DNA from: a virus | Lineage: Duplodnaviria > Caudoviricetes | Direction: 5' to 3' (one strand) | IMG/VR virus record: IMGVR_UViG_3300010391_000186 | Span: 1,947-65,946 of that record | DNA length: 64,000 bases | Made by a program: the position numbers and the translations under genes | Notes under the pieces: model-generated | Databases searched by the model: none | What the model was told of the DNA's origin: nothing | What the model saw: the letters and a program-made list of their open reading frames with translations, nothing else | In this document: positions 31,650 through 42,770 of the stretch, in pieces | How positions within the stretch are numbered: the first letter of the stretch is position 1 | Layout of the letters: each line of letters opens with the position of its first letter

Positions 31650-32129
31650 ATGGCTGAAAGTAAGGATAACATAATAACTCAAACACTTGAAATGCCTAAG
31701 AAAGAAGGTAAGATGGGTATCTTTGACTCTTACTTACAACTCCGATTAACTATTGCTCAAGTGATGAAAGATTCTAACTACTCCCCAACAGACACTAGGA
31801 TAAACGACATAGTCAATCTAATGATTTCTGGTATCCCTAATCTAAAAAAACAAGTAGCACTTAGAAAACATCGTGATGAACGCATCGAAAAAGAAACAAA
31901 AGATCTCACTACAAACGAAGAGAAAGGTAGGAAAACTCAGCAGATTCATATTGAACTAGCCGGAGAACTTGCTCCATATATGGACATGTACACTGGAGGA
32001 GAACGTTCAAATCGTATCTCATTTATCATCCCTATAAAAGAAATGCGTACCATTATGGAAGCAGCAAATCCAGAACATTTCAGAGAACATCTTGATCAAG
32101 AAATCCCTATTGACATGGATGAAGATTAA
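31650..32129 (+). CDS. Hypothetical protein (first gene of the morphogenesis module)
   Basis: TATA tttatat at about 31618, apparently leaderless, adjacent to the ATPase. Confidence 0.6.
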   Translation: MAESKDNIITQTLEMPKKEGKMGIFDSYLQLRLTIAQVMKDSNYSPTDTRINDIVNLMISGIPNLKKQVALRKHRDERIEKETKDLTTNEEKGRKTQQIHIELAGELAPYMDMYTGGERSNRISFIIPIKEMRTIMEAANPEHFREHLDQEIPIDMDED

Positions 32130-33017
32130 ATGCCACATATTGATTTCTGTTTAGAGATTGCAGAAGCAATCACATCAAAACATAATCAGCACGCAACATT
32201 AATGATCTGGGCACCTACAGGAAAAGGAAAATCATGGGCAGGTGGATCTATAGGAGAACGTGTTGCTCAACTTGTAGCTGAAATTAAGGGTGGCGATCAA
32301 GAAGATTATTTCACACCAGAAAACATTGCAGTCATAACTCAAAATGAAGTTCTTCGTGTCATGTCCACAAGAATGGATAAGAAGTTTGTAATAATTGGAT
32401 TCGACGATATAGGACTTGCATGGAACTCTCGTGACTTCATGTCTGAATTCAACAAGTGTATGAACGACATAGCGCAAACAATACGCACTCGCAATCTATT
32501 CGCATACTTCACACTTCCTGATCCAATGCTCATTGATAAAGTTCCTCGTGATCTAATCAAATACGTTATGAAGATTGAAAGTTCTAATTTTGACTTGGGA
32601 TATGTAGTTGCAAAAATCCAAGAACCAATGAAGAAAGTTCAGTGGGGAAAAAAGATTTATCCATATTTGCTTGATGAAGATGGACAAAGAATTGTTCGTC
32701 ATGTTATTTTCCGTCCTTCTCAAAAATGGGTGGAAAACTACGAACCTCGAAGACAAGAAATAGAACGTGTCAATACAAATGTTACAGTTGAAACAATGCA
32801 GCATATCGTAGACGATGAACAAACACCACAAGAACCACACGCTTCAAAACGTTCTGTCTTATCTAGAGCAGTAAAAATAGACTACAACAGCGGTGAAGGA
32901 CTTTCAATGGATAAGCTTGCAGAAAAATATGGAGTAGCAAAATCCACTATACATCAAGCACTTCTATTCCAAGATCCAAAATCAGTTCCAAACACAACAG
33001 AACCAAAGAAGATATAA
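32130..33017 (+). CDS. P-loop ATPase (putative packaging/extrusion ATPase) with C-terminal HTH
   Basis: APTGKGKS, IGFDD, IRTRN and IDKVPR motifs. HTH LSMDKLAEKYGVAKSTIHQAL. Confidence 0.75.
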   Translation: MPHIDFCLEIAEAITSKHNQHATLMIWAPTGKGKSWAGGSIGERVAQLVAEIKGGDQEDYFTPENIAVITQNEVLRVMSTRMDKKFVIIGFDDIGLAWNSRDFMSEFNKCMNDIAQTIRTRNLFAYFTLPDPMLIDKVPRDLIKYVMKIESSNFDLGYVVAKIQEPMKKVQWGKKIYPYLLDEDGQRIVRHVIFRPSQKWVENYEPRRQEIERVNTNVTVETMQHIVDDEQTPQEPHASKRSVLSRAVKIDYNSGEGLSMDKLAEKYGVAKSTIHQALLFQDPKSVPNTTEPKKI

Positions 33018-33113
33018 ATCTTCTATTTCCTTTCTGCTATGATTACTTTCTAAACAATATCTTCTTATACTATTGCACTAATAATATTATTAATAATTAC
33101 TGAAGTGATATTA

Positions 33114-33272
33114 ATGAACAAAGGAAAAGTAAATCGGGGTAAAATAGAAAAGTCAAAATCAACAACTTTTCTTGATGTCCATAGTGGAAGAGTACATGTA
33201 ACAACAGAACGAAATATGGAAGAAGAATTTGAGAAAGCAAGACAAATCTTTAAGAAGCACTATGGTTATTAA
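33114..33272 (+). CDS. Small basic protein, paralogue A
   Basis: MNKGKVNRGKIEKSKSTTFLDVHSGRVHVTTER..., similar to 34563-34709. Confidence 0.6.
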   Translation: MNKGKVNRGKIEKSKSTTFLDVHSGRVHVTTERNMEEEFEKARQIFKKHYGY

Positions 33273-33420
33273 AAAGAAAATCACAACGTTTAATCTAGAT
33301 GAAGCTCTAATAAAAGAGTTCGATAATTTTTGCGCTGCAGAAGACAAAAGCCGCTCAAAAGTAGTGAATCGAATTCTTACAAATTTTGTCCAAGCAAAGA
33401 GGAACGCAAAGAAAAGATAG
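33262..33420 (+). CDS. Ribbon-helix-helix (CopG-like) regulator
   Basis: ITTFNLDEALIKEFD...SRSKVVNRIL. Confidence 0.8.
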   Translation: MVIKKKITTFNLDEALIKEFDNFCAAEDKSRSKVVNRILTNFVQAKRNAKKR

Positions 33421-33482
33421 GAAAGATAATATGCCAAAAAATAAAAAGAAACAGGGGGTAAGTCATAAAACAAATTCATTTA

Positions 33483-33779
33483 TTGATGAATGGATTGAAG
33501 CGACTTATGGAAAAGAATACTTTGAAAAATCCAGTGGTGGAAGACACAGGCCGAGGTAAAACTATGGCAAAAGTAATAAACCGAAGAAGAAAAAACAACG
33601 TTGGATTACAGCTATTCGGCGATGAATATGAATTCTTAACACCTGGACAGAAAGCAGTTGTCAATAAGAATCTTAAATCAACTTCTCAGCAACTCGGATC
33701 TATAGAAAGTTCGATGTTTGAAAAAGAACAAGTCAAGAATCAGAAAATCTTGGATAGAGCAATGGGTACAAGGAGATAA
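33483..33779 (+). CDS. Hypothetical basic protein
   Basis: ORF track; K/R-rich. Confidence 0.5.
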   Translation: MMNGLKRLMEKNTLKNPVVEDTGRGKTMAKVINRRRKNNVGLQLFGDEYEFLTPGQKAVVNKNLKSTSQQLGSIESSMFEKEQVKNQKILDRAMGTRR

Positions 33780-33958
33780 AATATGCCAAGAAAACACTCT
33801 TTTAGAGTATATGAACCATCAGATTTTCCTGGTGGAATAGAACTTGGAACTTTTGACTTTGAACACACTGCAAGAGTATTCCAAGATGAATTTGAAAGGA
33901 AACACAGTTCTACTATGACTGGAAGAACAAGAATAATGAAAGTTAAAAGAACATAATC

Positions 33959-34195
33959 ATGCCTTATAGTTCCAAAGCAAAATATATCCATGATAGACAG
34001 CAACCACCTTCCAGATTTGTGAAAGGAACCATCAGAACAATCCCTATATCACATGCTAGAACACCAACCGGGCGAGAATACGAAAGAAACTTTCCGAAAG
34101 GAACGAAAGCTATAGTCGGAAAAGTAAAGCATCCTAAAGAAGGTCAGCGCAAGAATCAAACTCAAAGCATATTAATACCAAAGAAAAGGAAGTGA
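33959..34195 (+). CDS. Small highly basic protein (possible virion DNA-binding protein)
   Basis: K/R-rich 78 aa ending QSILIPKKRK. Confidence 0.55.
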   Translation: MPYSSKAKYIHDRQQPPSRFVKGTIRTIPISHARTPTGREYERNFPKGTKAIVGKVKHPKEGQRKNQTQSILIPKKRK

Positions 34196-34562
34196 AATAA
34201 AATGGCAAAAAAGAATAAAATATTTACATCGACAGATAGTATGGCAGCAGCGAAAGCAAAAGCAAAAAGCGCCGGATATGCAATAAAAGGAAGTAGCACT
34301 GTTGCATTTGGAAATTCTGCTGGATATGTTGTTTACGGACAACCAAGAAAAAGAAGATAATTATGTTTCCAGAAAGCAAAAACAAAAAGAGGTGAAGTAA
34401 AATGTCTAAATATACATTATATGTTTATCCATCAAAAAATGCAAAAACCTCAACTCAGATTATAAGAGATATAGAAAGTAAAAAAGAAGCAAATCGTTTA
34501 AAGAAACGATTTGGAAGTGTACCTACCGCACCTACTAGACACGCAAAAATAAGGAAGTGTTG

Positions 34563-34709
34563 ATGAATAAAAGATCTGGAGTAAGACGCAGTAGAATCGA
34601 AAAATTAAATTCAACAACGTTTATAGACGTTCATAGTCGTAGAGTCTATGTAACTACAGAAAGGAAAGTGCTTACAGAACATCTTAAAATAATAAAAGAT
34701 TATCTATAG
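34563..34709 (+). CDS. Small basic protein, paralogue B
   Basis: MNKRSGVRRSRIEKLNSTTFIDVHSRRVYVTTER..., similar to 33114-33272. Confidence 0.6.
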   Translation: MNKRSGVRRSRIEKLNSTTFIDVHSRRVYVTTERKVLTEHLKIIKDYL

Positions 34710-34856
34710 GATAAATATGCCAAAATCAAATCTTGATAAAATCTTAGACGGTATAAAAAATAGAACTGCAGAAGACATAAAAAGAATAGAAAAAGCATCA
34801 CATGAAAAGCAGGAATATTTAATGAAAAGCAGACCATTTCTACAATAGGACAAAAC

Positions 34857-37799
34857 ATGAATTCAAAAATAGTTCTTTTAATTCTTGCAGTAGTTGCAGC
34901 CATTTCATTAACATATCCAGTAGATGCTTTTGAAGAAACATTCCAGTGGTATCCGGATGGTGTTTTTACAAGTAATTGGGTTGGTGGTGGATCTATAATA
35001 GATGCTGGAACATACAATCGTCAGCATTCACAATCTGCTAGTATTGGTGGTGCGCCGTATTCTAGTTCTAATTATGTACAAAGTAAATACGTTTTTGATT
35101 CAAATTATATTGCTTTCAAAATGGTTACTTGTTCTGGCAGTGCATCGACAGGAAACGATGCTGCTTATGGACAGGTTATATTATATGATACCGATGGTGT
35201 TGCAATACTAACTTATACCATTTGCAGTCGCAGCACTGCAACAGCAAATTCAAATTTTGAATTTCTAAGAGATATTGGCACAAGTCAAGTCCAGCTAAAA
35301 ATAAATAGTGTTTCTCAGGGAAACGTAGGCACTTCTTCAAAAAACATTGGTTATATAAAATTTTATACTTATGCTTATATGTACTGGGTAACTTCAAGTG
35401 CTTCTGTTACACTAACAGTAGATGATATTACCACAACAGGATATATCTCAGGAATAGGTGTAGAAACACCATATCATTCACAAAATGAACTGAATCTAAA
35501 ACCAATGTCTTCTTCATTTTTAATGAAAACAATACCACAAGCAGATTTTGATAGTTCATATTTTGATATAATATGGCAAAAAGCAGCATCAAATGGAACA
35601 CTTCAAACATTATATTCAACAAGAGTGAAAAATGTAAGTGAATCTGTATATTCTGGAGTCAAATATTTAAATAGATACAACAATTTAACTGCCAACGATA
35701 CTAATTACGGATTATATTTTGAACGATTAACAAAAAATGATGTGATTCAATCTTCTGACTATTTCTTCTTAGTTCCAGCAGGAACAACGAATACAATAAC
35801 ATCAGATGCAACTGCAACCATCGGACAACAAGAAATTATTTCCTATTCAATAGGAGCACCTGATTTTGCTGGAAGTTCTTATACAATAAACGTATATTCA
35901 TATAATGCATTGGTTGTATCATTACCTATAGCAACAGGAGCAGCAACCGGAACAGTCACTTGGGATACAGCAGGTAATTCAGCAGGATTATATTTCATAA
36001 CACTATCTAAAACAACTTCTGGAATTCAAACAGATCTTGCTTATACTATAACCACACTTGTTTCAACATTATTGATAAGAGGAACTGTGTATGATGCTGT
36101 AAATGCAACACCTTTATCTGGAGTAAACATAAACTTTTCACAAGGTACAACATGGTATAATACCACTTCAAATGGAAACGGAAGCTACAATCTTTCTGGA
36201 TTAACAGTAGCACTTCTTACACGAATAAACGCTTCAAAATCTACGTGGATGCATAACAATTATTCTTTTACTCCTCTAGCTCCACAAATGTACACAATAA
36301 ATCTATATTTAATTTCTACAGGTTTCAACTGTTCTATAGCAGCAGGTGGTGGAAATTCAACAAACACTTGTATAAACGGGATGGTAGAAAACAATCCTTA
36401 TCATCAAGCAGTTGGCGGAGCAGCGGTTTTTCTTGGAAATGGTTCTTATTTCGCAAACACTACTTCAAACACCACAACCGGATATTATCAATTCTTGAAT
36501 CTTTCTGATGATAACCTGACTTATGTTGTTAATGCAACCAAGTCTGGATTTATGAATTCTCAAGATTACAATGTAACTACAATAAATCAAACAGACGTTC
36601 AGCAAATCATATTAATGAGTGAAATTTACACATTAACGATTCAAGCTCAGGATGCTTCAAATACAAACACCCTTCTAGATTTTCTGTTATTATTCAATCT
36701 AGCAAACTATAATACTACTGTTGGACAGATAACGATTTCAAATTTAGTTTATGGTCAATATCCAGCTATTGTATCTGCCACAGATTATATTTCATCTTCA
36801 CAAACAATTCTTATGGATTCAACAAAAACAGTAACTTTTCTTCTAACACCAATATCAGCAGCGCAAGCAAGCACAATATTCAAAACACTACCACACGATG
36901 TTGCTTTTATAGTTCAAGATCTTGCATTTAATAAAAAATCAGGGGTGTCTGTAACTGCTCAAGGATATAATACAACAGTTGGTTCTTGGACTTGGTTAGC
37001 AGATCTGATCGGAATAGACTTTGATTTAATTCCAATAAATAACATGAGTATGATTGGAATAACAGGAACAGACGGTTCTATTGACTTCAAGATGGATGGA
37101 AGCATTTACTACATTCTAACATTTTCTGGAGGAAATATATCTAATACAACCTGGAGAGGATATCCAACAAAATATGAATACTATATTATAGTGCCAACCA
37201 CCCTTTATGGAACATTCACGAACAACGTAGATCAATTTTCCACAATGATCACAACTGTTTCATCAAAGACAATAAATTCAACACACGCTTACATTAATGC
37301 AAGCCATAATGACAGTATGAATCAAACTTCTAGCATAATTATCTATCTTAACAAATCTATTGTCGGTGATCCAAACAATCAGACAAATCTACAAATTAAA
37401 AACGGCGGAACAAACGCAACATATAACGCATCATTCATAGTTAGTCCTTATGCAGGCAATGATTATATCATAAATTTCAACATGATACATTCTTCAGGAA
37501 CAGTTATTCGTTCTTATGGAGTATCATTTCCACAAACAGCAATATTATCCTATTTCAATCCAATTTCAATCTTAATGCTTTTAATTGGATTAATAATATT
37601 CTTTTCGGGAATATTTGGGCAAACAAGTACCGAACAAGGAGCAGGAATCATAGTAGGTCTCGTCTGGTTATTATCTGGAATGGGTCTATATGTAAATTTA
37701 AATCTAGGTGTATCATTCTATCTTGGATTGACACTTGCAACAGTTATCGCAATACTAATGAATATGAATGCTAGAGCAAGAAAAGAGGGAATGTCATGA
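34857..37799 (+). CDS. Large secreted, membrane-anchored glycoprotein (putative receptor-binding adhesin)
   Basis: Signal peptide, Thr/Ser/Asn-rich beta-sandwich repeats (carboxypeptidase-regulatory-like: IRGTVYDA...PLSGV...GSYNL), many NxS/T sequons and 3 C-terminal TM helices. Confidence 0.8.
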   Translation: MNSKIVLLILAVVAAISLTYPVDAFEETFQWYPDGVFTSNWVGGGSIIDAGTYNRQHSQSASIGGAPYSSSNYVQSKYVFDSNYIAFKMVTCSGSASTGNDAAYGQVILYDTDGVAILTYTICSRSTATANSNFEFLRDIGTSQVQLKINSVSQGNVGTSSKNIGYIKFYTYAYMYWVTSSASVTLTVDDITTTGYISGIGVETPYHSQNELNLKPMSSSFLMKTIPQADFDSSYFDIIWQKAASNGTLQTLYSTRVKNVSESVYSGVKYLNRYNNLTANDTNYGLYFERLTKNDVIQSSDYFFLVPAGTTNTITSDATATIGQQEIISYSIGAPDFAGSSYTINVYSYNALVVSLPIATGAATGTVTWDTAGNSAGLYFITLSKTTSGIQTDLAYTITTLVSTLLIRGTVYDAVNATPLSGVNINFSQGTTWYNTTSNGNGSYNLSGLTVALLTRINASKSTWMHNNYSFTPLAPQMYTINLYLISTGFNCSIAAGGGNSTNTCINGMVENNPYHQAVGGAAVFLGNGSYFANTTSNTTTGYYQFLNLSDDNLTYVVNATKSGFMNSQDYNVTTINQTDVQQIILMSEIYTLTIQAQDASNTNTLLDFLLLFNLANYNTTVGQITISNLVYGQYPAIVSATDYISSSQTILMDSTKTVTFLLTPISAAQASTIFKTLPHDVAFIVQDLAFNKKSGVSVTAQGYNTTVGSWTWLADLIGIDFDLIPINNMSMIGITGTDGSIDFKMDGSIYYILTFSGGNISNTTWRGYPTKYEYYIIVPTTLYGTFTNNVDQFSTMITTVSSKTINSTHAYINASHNDSMNQTSSIIIYLNKSIVGDPNNQTNLQIKNGGTNATYNASFIVSPYAGNDYIINFNMIHSSGTVIRSYGVSFPQTAILSYFNPISILMLLIGLIIFFSGIFGQTSTEQGAGIIVGLVWLLSGMGLYVNLNLGVSFYLGLTLATVIAILMNMNARARKEGMS

Positions 37800-38554
37800 A
37801 GAAATCAAAAACACATATGTTAATAAAAATAGAACCAGCAAAAGATTCTAGAGAACGTATAGAGTTCCTTACAAAATTTCCTCATACATACTGCAACGAA
37901 CTAGCTAATAATATGAGAACAGTTAATAAATTATCTGATGCAACGTGTAAAAATTGTATAAAGTCTTTCAAACATATAAGTAGGTTGCATCATGGATAAA
38001 CAACTTAAAAAAATAGAAGAAGCAGCAAAAGAATCTACACATAAAGCTATAGAAGAATTTGATAGAATGGATTCCTAGAGTATTTGGTGAAAAAAGACAT
38101 ACTGAAACTTTCCGTGTGAAAAGAAGAAGTAAAAAATATAATTGGTGAACCATGACAAGTAAATACGCAAAAGAATTCTGGACTGCTATGAGATTACAAA
38201 AGAAAATTGAGGAAGAAAAGACAGAAGAAATGTTCAAAGAAATAAAAGCTTCAAAGAAGTTGATGAAGTGAGAATAAATGATAATAGAAAAAGATCATAT
38301 TAAATATGAAATAACAGAAAAGACACTGAAAAGACGTGTTGCCAAGAATACATCTGGTTTTGGTATATCTCAAAAACAAGAAAATTATTTTGTAGTTAAA
38401 AGTTTAAAGACGCTTGGAACAATAGAAATGCCACAATCACAATTTGAAGGTATTTTTAAAAATGAACTTAAAAAACAAAAAGTAATCAAGTAAACGATAT
38501 TTTATATACTTTAAAATTAATAAAGTTATTAATCAAAAACATAGGAATAGCAGT

Positions 38555-38848
38555 ATGAAATATATCCAAAAGTTTCTTAATTCAGATTCAGCAGTTTCGT
38601 TTGGGCTTCTTGCTCTAGCTGCGTTTTTAATTGGAGCGACTGCAATCTGGATAGAATTCTCCCCAATATTCAACATGTTCTTTGCTGCATACAACGTAAA
38701 TATCGCAGCAGGAGAAGTAACACTTCAGAATCAAAAAGCTATGGAATTCCATCAAAATATGATCAGTATTGGAGCTGTAATTGCCCTTCTTATTGGAGCA
38801 GTAGCTTGGGGATATGTAAGAGCATTAGAAAAGAGAAACGATCTATGA
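38555..38848 (+). CDS. Two-TM protein with class III (prepilin-like) leader; putative minor virion protein
   Basis: KFLNSDSA|VSFGLLALAAF followed by a second TM. Confidence 0.65.
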   Translation: MKYIQKFLNSDSAVSFGLLALAAFLIGATAIWIEFSPIFNMFFAAYNVNIAAGEVTLQNQKAMEFHQNMISIGAVIALLIGAVAWGYVRALEKRNDL

Positions 38849-39147
38849 GTTCAATAGAATCATTATTCAAGAGTTTTATAATAATGTTGGTCTGCTTATT
38901 CTCAAGTGTAATGATTACGCAATTCATATTAATGCCCGCTGAACTTGTTAGAACAGAACTTGTAAAAACAGGAATAGCAGATGCACCACCAGAATGGGGA
39001 GGAATGGGTATATCTGATTTCACTTTAAGTCTTGGATACTTCTTAACATACTTCTTAGACTTCTTTGCAGTCGGACAATTTATTTGGACTGCGGTTCGTC
39101 GCCAGAAATACGATGTGTACGGCAATGTAATTTCAGAAGGTGACTAA
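38845..39147 (+). CDS. Two-TM putative virion protein
   Basis: Two hydrophobic helices; overlaps the upstream stop (ATGA). Confidence 0.6.
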   Translation: MSSIESLFKSFIIMLVCLFSSVMITQFILMPAELVRTELVKTGIADAPPEWGGMGISDFTLSLGYFLTYFLDFFAVGQFIWTAVRRQKYDVYGNVISEGD

Positions 39148-39149
39148 TC

Positions 39150-42100
39150 TTGGGATTATTTGATTGGTTCTTTTCGGGTGGACAGCAAACTTTTCAAAAT
39201 ATAATAACTCCTGTCGCACCACAAACAGGAACCATAGGAGCAGCAGTAGCGACGGCACAGCAAGCAACAAGACCACAAACAGCTACTCAACAATCTGTTG
39301 CACCTGCACCAACCCTATCAGTTCCTCTCCCAGAACAAATCCGTTTGATGACAACACAAGAAGCAGTATCTCCATTTTCTGGAATATCATCTTTCTTAAA
39401 AGATTCTGCTGAAAATGTATCCTCTCAATTATCTGGAATTCTTAGACCCATAATTGAAACTCCTCAAGTTCAAGCAGCAATAAAAGCAGTAACATCAACA
39501 GCAGCACCAGTGCAAACTCCTCAAACAGTAAGTGATATGTCACAATTTTCTAGAGATATTTATGGGGGAGCTTCAAGAATTGCAGCAGTTATCGGAACAG
39601 GAATGGGAATAGCTGACATTGGAGCAAGACGTATTGAAAGACAGCTTCCAGGAGGGCTATCAGAATTATATGGAGCAACATATGAACTAGGAAAAGGAAT
39701 ATTCTTGAGCGCACCAAGATTAACTGTTGATATGGCTGGAATGATTCCGGGCGGTGTTGAAACAATAGCAAAGAATATACCAATGTTACCAGCATTTGCA
39801 GCAGCAGGAGTCATATCTCAAGTATCAGGATTACAAGAAGGATTTTCTCAAAGACCCATACAAACAATAGGAGAACTTATTGGAATGGGAGCAATGGGTG
39901 AAGCTGGAAAAGTTGTTCGTTTTGGACAAGTCAAAATACCAACCGCTGCGGGAGAAGTTCCAGTATGGAAAGGAGCATATTTAGATATTGGAGCAACACC
40001 ACGTCCTATCGTAGGTTACGTTCCTGAATTTATTGCAAAACCTATCACAGAACCAATAGCAATAGGATTCCGTCCAGAAACATCTATTACTAAAGCAGTT
40101 GAAACAGCAAGAACAGCAAAAACAGTTTTCGGAACCCCTTCATCATTAGAAATCCCGCAAATAACAGATATAACAGCAGGATATTTCCCACGATCTGCAC
40201 TTGAAACAGCTATTGTCGCAAGACCCGAAATACTCACAAAACTTGGAATGGAACCAACAGCAGCAACAAAGATTTCTGTCGGAAGAGAACTTATTGGATT
40301 AACATCTGGACAAAAAACAGCGTTCCAACTTACAAGACCATATTCTTTCGAAATATTTGGAAAAGAAATAGTAACACCATTTAAAGTTCCAACACTCATA
40401 GCAGAAACAGAATCATTATCATCAGCGGGTGTATCAACAACACTACAATATTTAAAAACAGAGAAATTCAAACTAACTGATGTTCCAAAAGTTGGAGAAT
40501 TAACAGCACTAGAAAGACTTACTGAAATAAATAAAGAAATACTAAAAGCGAAAACACCTCTTGAAGGAGATTATTCTTTTAAATCCACAATGGAACTTGA
40601 AACATCTCCAGGAAAGAAAGTATCATATTATGATATTTTAGAGTCAGGAAAAACAATAGGAACAACTCTTATAGAAGCTTCTGGAAAAGATGTTAAAATT
40701 GGAACGTTTGAATTATCACCAGAATTTCGTGGCAAAGGCATAGGAACTGGTCTAGCAGAAAAAATCTTAAAAGAATTTGAACTGTCTGGTATGGAAAAAG
40801 TCAGTCTTATACCAAAAGATGTAAGAGCAGCAAACTTCTGGCAAAAAATAGGATTTGAATATTCTAGAGAAGTTACTGGAACAATGGAACTTAAATTACA
40901 AGGAAGAACAAAACTTCCAGAGTATTCAATTGAAGATCTATTAACTATTTCTAGACCGGTTTTTGAAAGAATGGGTATCGATTTATCTAGAGGAAAACTA
41001 ATAGAAGAAATAAGATACGCTGCTCCAGGAGAAATCCCAAAAGGTATATCAGATCAAACTAGAATTTCAGAAGTATCCATACAAAGAGCAGCATTCTCCA
41101 AAACTGAAACACCACTTACATACGAAATATTACTGCAAAAAGGAGAACCTCTAAAACAAACAATAGAAACACTAGCTCACGAAATAAGTCACGCTGTACT
41201 AGAAAAAGGATTTGAAGAAAGTTCATTTGTAGCTGAACCAACAGCAATAAAAGGTTCTGGAATATTTTTAAGTGAATTCTCAAAATACTATGCAGCCGCA
41301 AAGATTAAACCACAAGCCGGTTTTGGATTAATAAACTTAATTCAAAAAGAATATGCTCCATATGTTGTTGGAAAATATACATCAGAAATTCCTTATCGTC
41401 CAGCCATAAAATCAGAATACAGAACGCAGTATCCAACAGAAGTCAAACCATTAATCGAAAAAGTTATGGGTAGCTTTTCTGCTCAAGCACAAATGATGCC
41501 AGAATTTAGAAGAGTTGCTGGTGATATTGATATCCATACTCGTGGTACAACAGAACAAGCTGTTCAACTCGCAACAGGACTACAAGCAAAGCTAGCAGAA
41601 ATCGGAATAGAATCTCGTGTATCTGGATCAACTGTAGAAACAAGAGGTATATCTAAAGAATGGGTTCACGCAGTACAATTCCTTCCAAAAGAAGAACTTT
41701 CTTATATTGGAACTGAAGGAGCAGGACTTAGATACGGTATCAAAGTAGAGCAACCGCCCATGACTGTAGAAGGTATGCCAGTAATGAAATTGGGAGAACA
41801 AGCTACAAGAAAAATCACAGGAAGCTTAGAATTTAGAGAAGGAAAACTACAACCAGCAGAACATAGATTATTAAAAGATGTTCGTGATGCATATACAACA
41901 GCATTTACTCTTATTGAATCAAAATCAGCAAAAATTGGAATCCCTATACTAAAAGATATTGAAGTTGCTAGAGGAAGACAATTATTACAGCAGTGGAAAG
42001 AACTATATCCTGAAATTGATTGGATAAAAGTTGGTCAAGAACCAATAAAAATGGAAATTCAAATCGAAGGAATAAGTAAAGGAACAAAAAAAGCATCTCT

Positions 42101-42770
42101 AACAAGTGAAATAAATAAATATGCAGAAAGAATTTCAGAACAAAAACCATATACTTTTAGTGCTATATCTGAAGCAGCAAACGTTCCATATGTTCCTTCA
42201 ACATATGAAAAAACAGCGTCTGTCTATACAAGAGAGTTCACTCCATTTACAGAAGAAATATATCCGATTCAAGCAAAACCTGAAAAATATTCACCAGCTT
42301 TAATATACGGAGTAGATTATCCAATAATAAAAGAACCATCATATAGATTTCCTTTTACAGAAGTTCCAACATATAAAACAACAGAATATCCTCCAGATAA
42401 AGTTCCGTCTTACATCCCAACAGTTTATCCTCCAACAGATATTCCTAAATATCCAACCCCATACACTCCAGAAAAGGTTCCTCCATACGTTCCAACAGTG
42501 TACACACCAGAATTATATCCACCCGAAGTATATCCACCAGAAACATATCCGCCTTATGGTGGTATTGGAACTCCGTTTGATCCTATTAAAATAATCAAAC
42601 CATTGAAAGATGAGGTGTTTATAGGAAAAAGAAAAAAGACAATAAAAAGAAAATCAGTAGCATATACAATCAAAAATCCACTTGCAGACTTAGAAGATGT
42701 ACTTGGAATTATGGATGCAGATATTAGAAAAGAAATAAATCCGACAAAAAAGAAAAGGAAGTCAAAATGA
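39150..42770 (+). CDS. 1206-aa polyvalent protein: GNAT acetyltransferase, HExxH zincin and nucleotidyltransferase, with Pro/Tyr-rich tail
   Basis: FRGKGIG...AANFWQKIGF, LAHEISHA, MGSF...GDIDIH and YPPE/YVPT repeats. TTG start after GAAGGTGA. Confidence 0.75.
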   Translation: MGLFDWFFSGGQQTFQNIITPVAPQTGTIGAAVATAQQATRPQTATQQSVAPAPTLSVPLPEQIRLMTTQEAVSPFSGISSFLKDSAENVSSQLSGILRPIIETPQVQAAIKAVTSTAAPVQTPQTVSDMSQFSRDIYGGASRIAAVIGTGMGIADIGARRIERQLPGGLSELYGATYELGKGIFLSAPRLTVDMAGMIPGGVETIAKNIPMLPAFAAAGVISQVSGLQEGFSQRPIQTIGELIGMGAMGEAGKVVRFGQVKIPTAAGEVPVWKGAYLDIGATPRPIVGYVPEFIAKPITEPIAIGFRPETSITKAVETARTAKTVFGTPSSLEIPQITDITAGYFPRSALETAIVARPEILTKLGMEPTAATKISVGRELIGLTSGQKTAFQLTRPYSFEIFGKEIVTPFKVPTLIAETESLSSAGVSTTLQYLKTEKFKLTDVPKVGELTALERLTEINKEILKAKTPLEGDYSFKSTMELETSPGKKVSYYDILESGKTIGTTLIEASGKDVKIGTFELSPEFRGKGIGTGLAEKILKEFELSGMEKVSLIPKDVRAANFWQKIGFEYSREVTGTMELKLQGRTKLPEYSIEDLLTISRPVFERMGIDLSRGKLIEEIRYAAPGEIPKGISDQTRISEVSIQRAAFSKTETPLTYEILLQKGEPLKQTIETLAHEISHAVLEKGFEESSFVAEPTAIKGSGIFLSEFSKYYAAAKIKPQAGFGLINLIQKEYAPYVVGKYTSEIPYRPAIKSEYRTQYPTEVKPLIEKVMGSFSAQAQMMPEFRRVAGDIDIHTRGTTEQAVQLATGLQAKLAEIGIESRVSGSTVETRGISKEWVHAVQFLPKEELSYIGTEGAGLRYGIKVEQPPMTVEGMPVMKLGEQATRKITGSLEFREGKLQPAEHRLLKDVRDAYTTAFTLIESKSAKIGIPILKDIEVARGRQLLQQWKELYPEIDWIKVGQEPIKMEIQIEGISKGTKKASLTSEINKYAERISEQKPYTFSAISEAANVPYVPSTYEKTASVYTREFTPFTEEIYPIQAKPEKYSPALIYGVDYPIIKEPSYRFPFTEVPTYKTTEYPPDKVPSYIPTVYPPTDIPKYPTPYTPEKVPPYVPTVYTPELYPPEVYPPETYPPYGGIGTPFDPIKIIKPLKDEVFIGKRKKTIKRKSVAYTIKNPLADLEDVLGIMDADIRKEINPTKKKRKSK

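Noticed and set aside
29991-31650. attP site next to the integrase
   Set aside because: No tRNA-derived core or clear repeat pair is visible. Only a short hairpin near 31543-31561 was seen, which is insufficient.
42250-42560. Pro/Tyr-rich repeats as a DNA tandem repeat or DGR target
   Set aside because: The repetition is at protein level with degenerate codons. No reverse transcriptase or template/variable repeat pair was seen.
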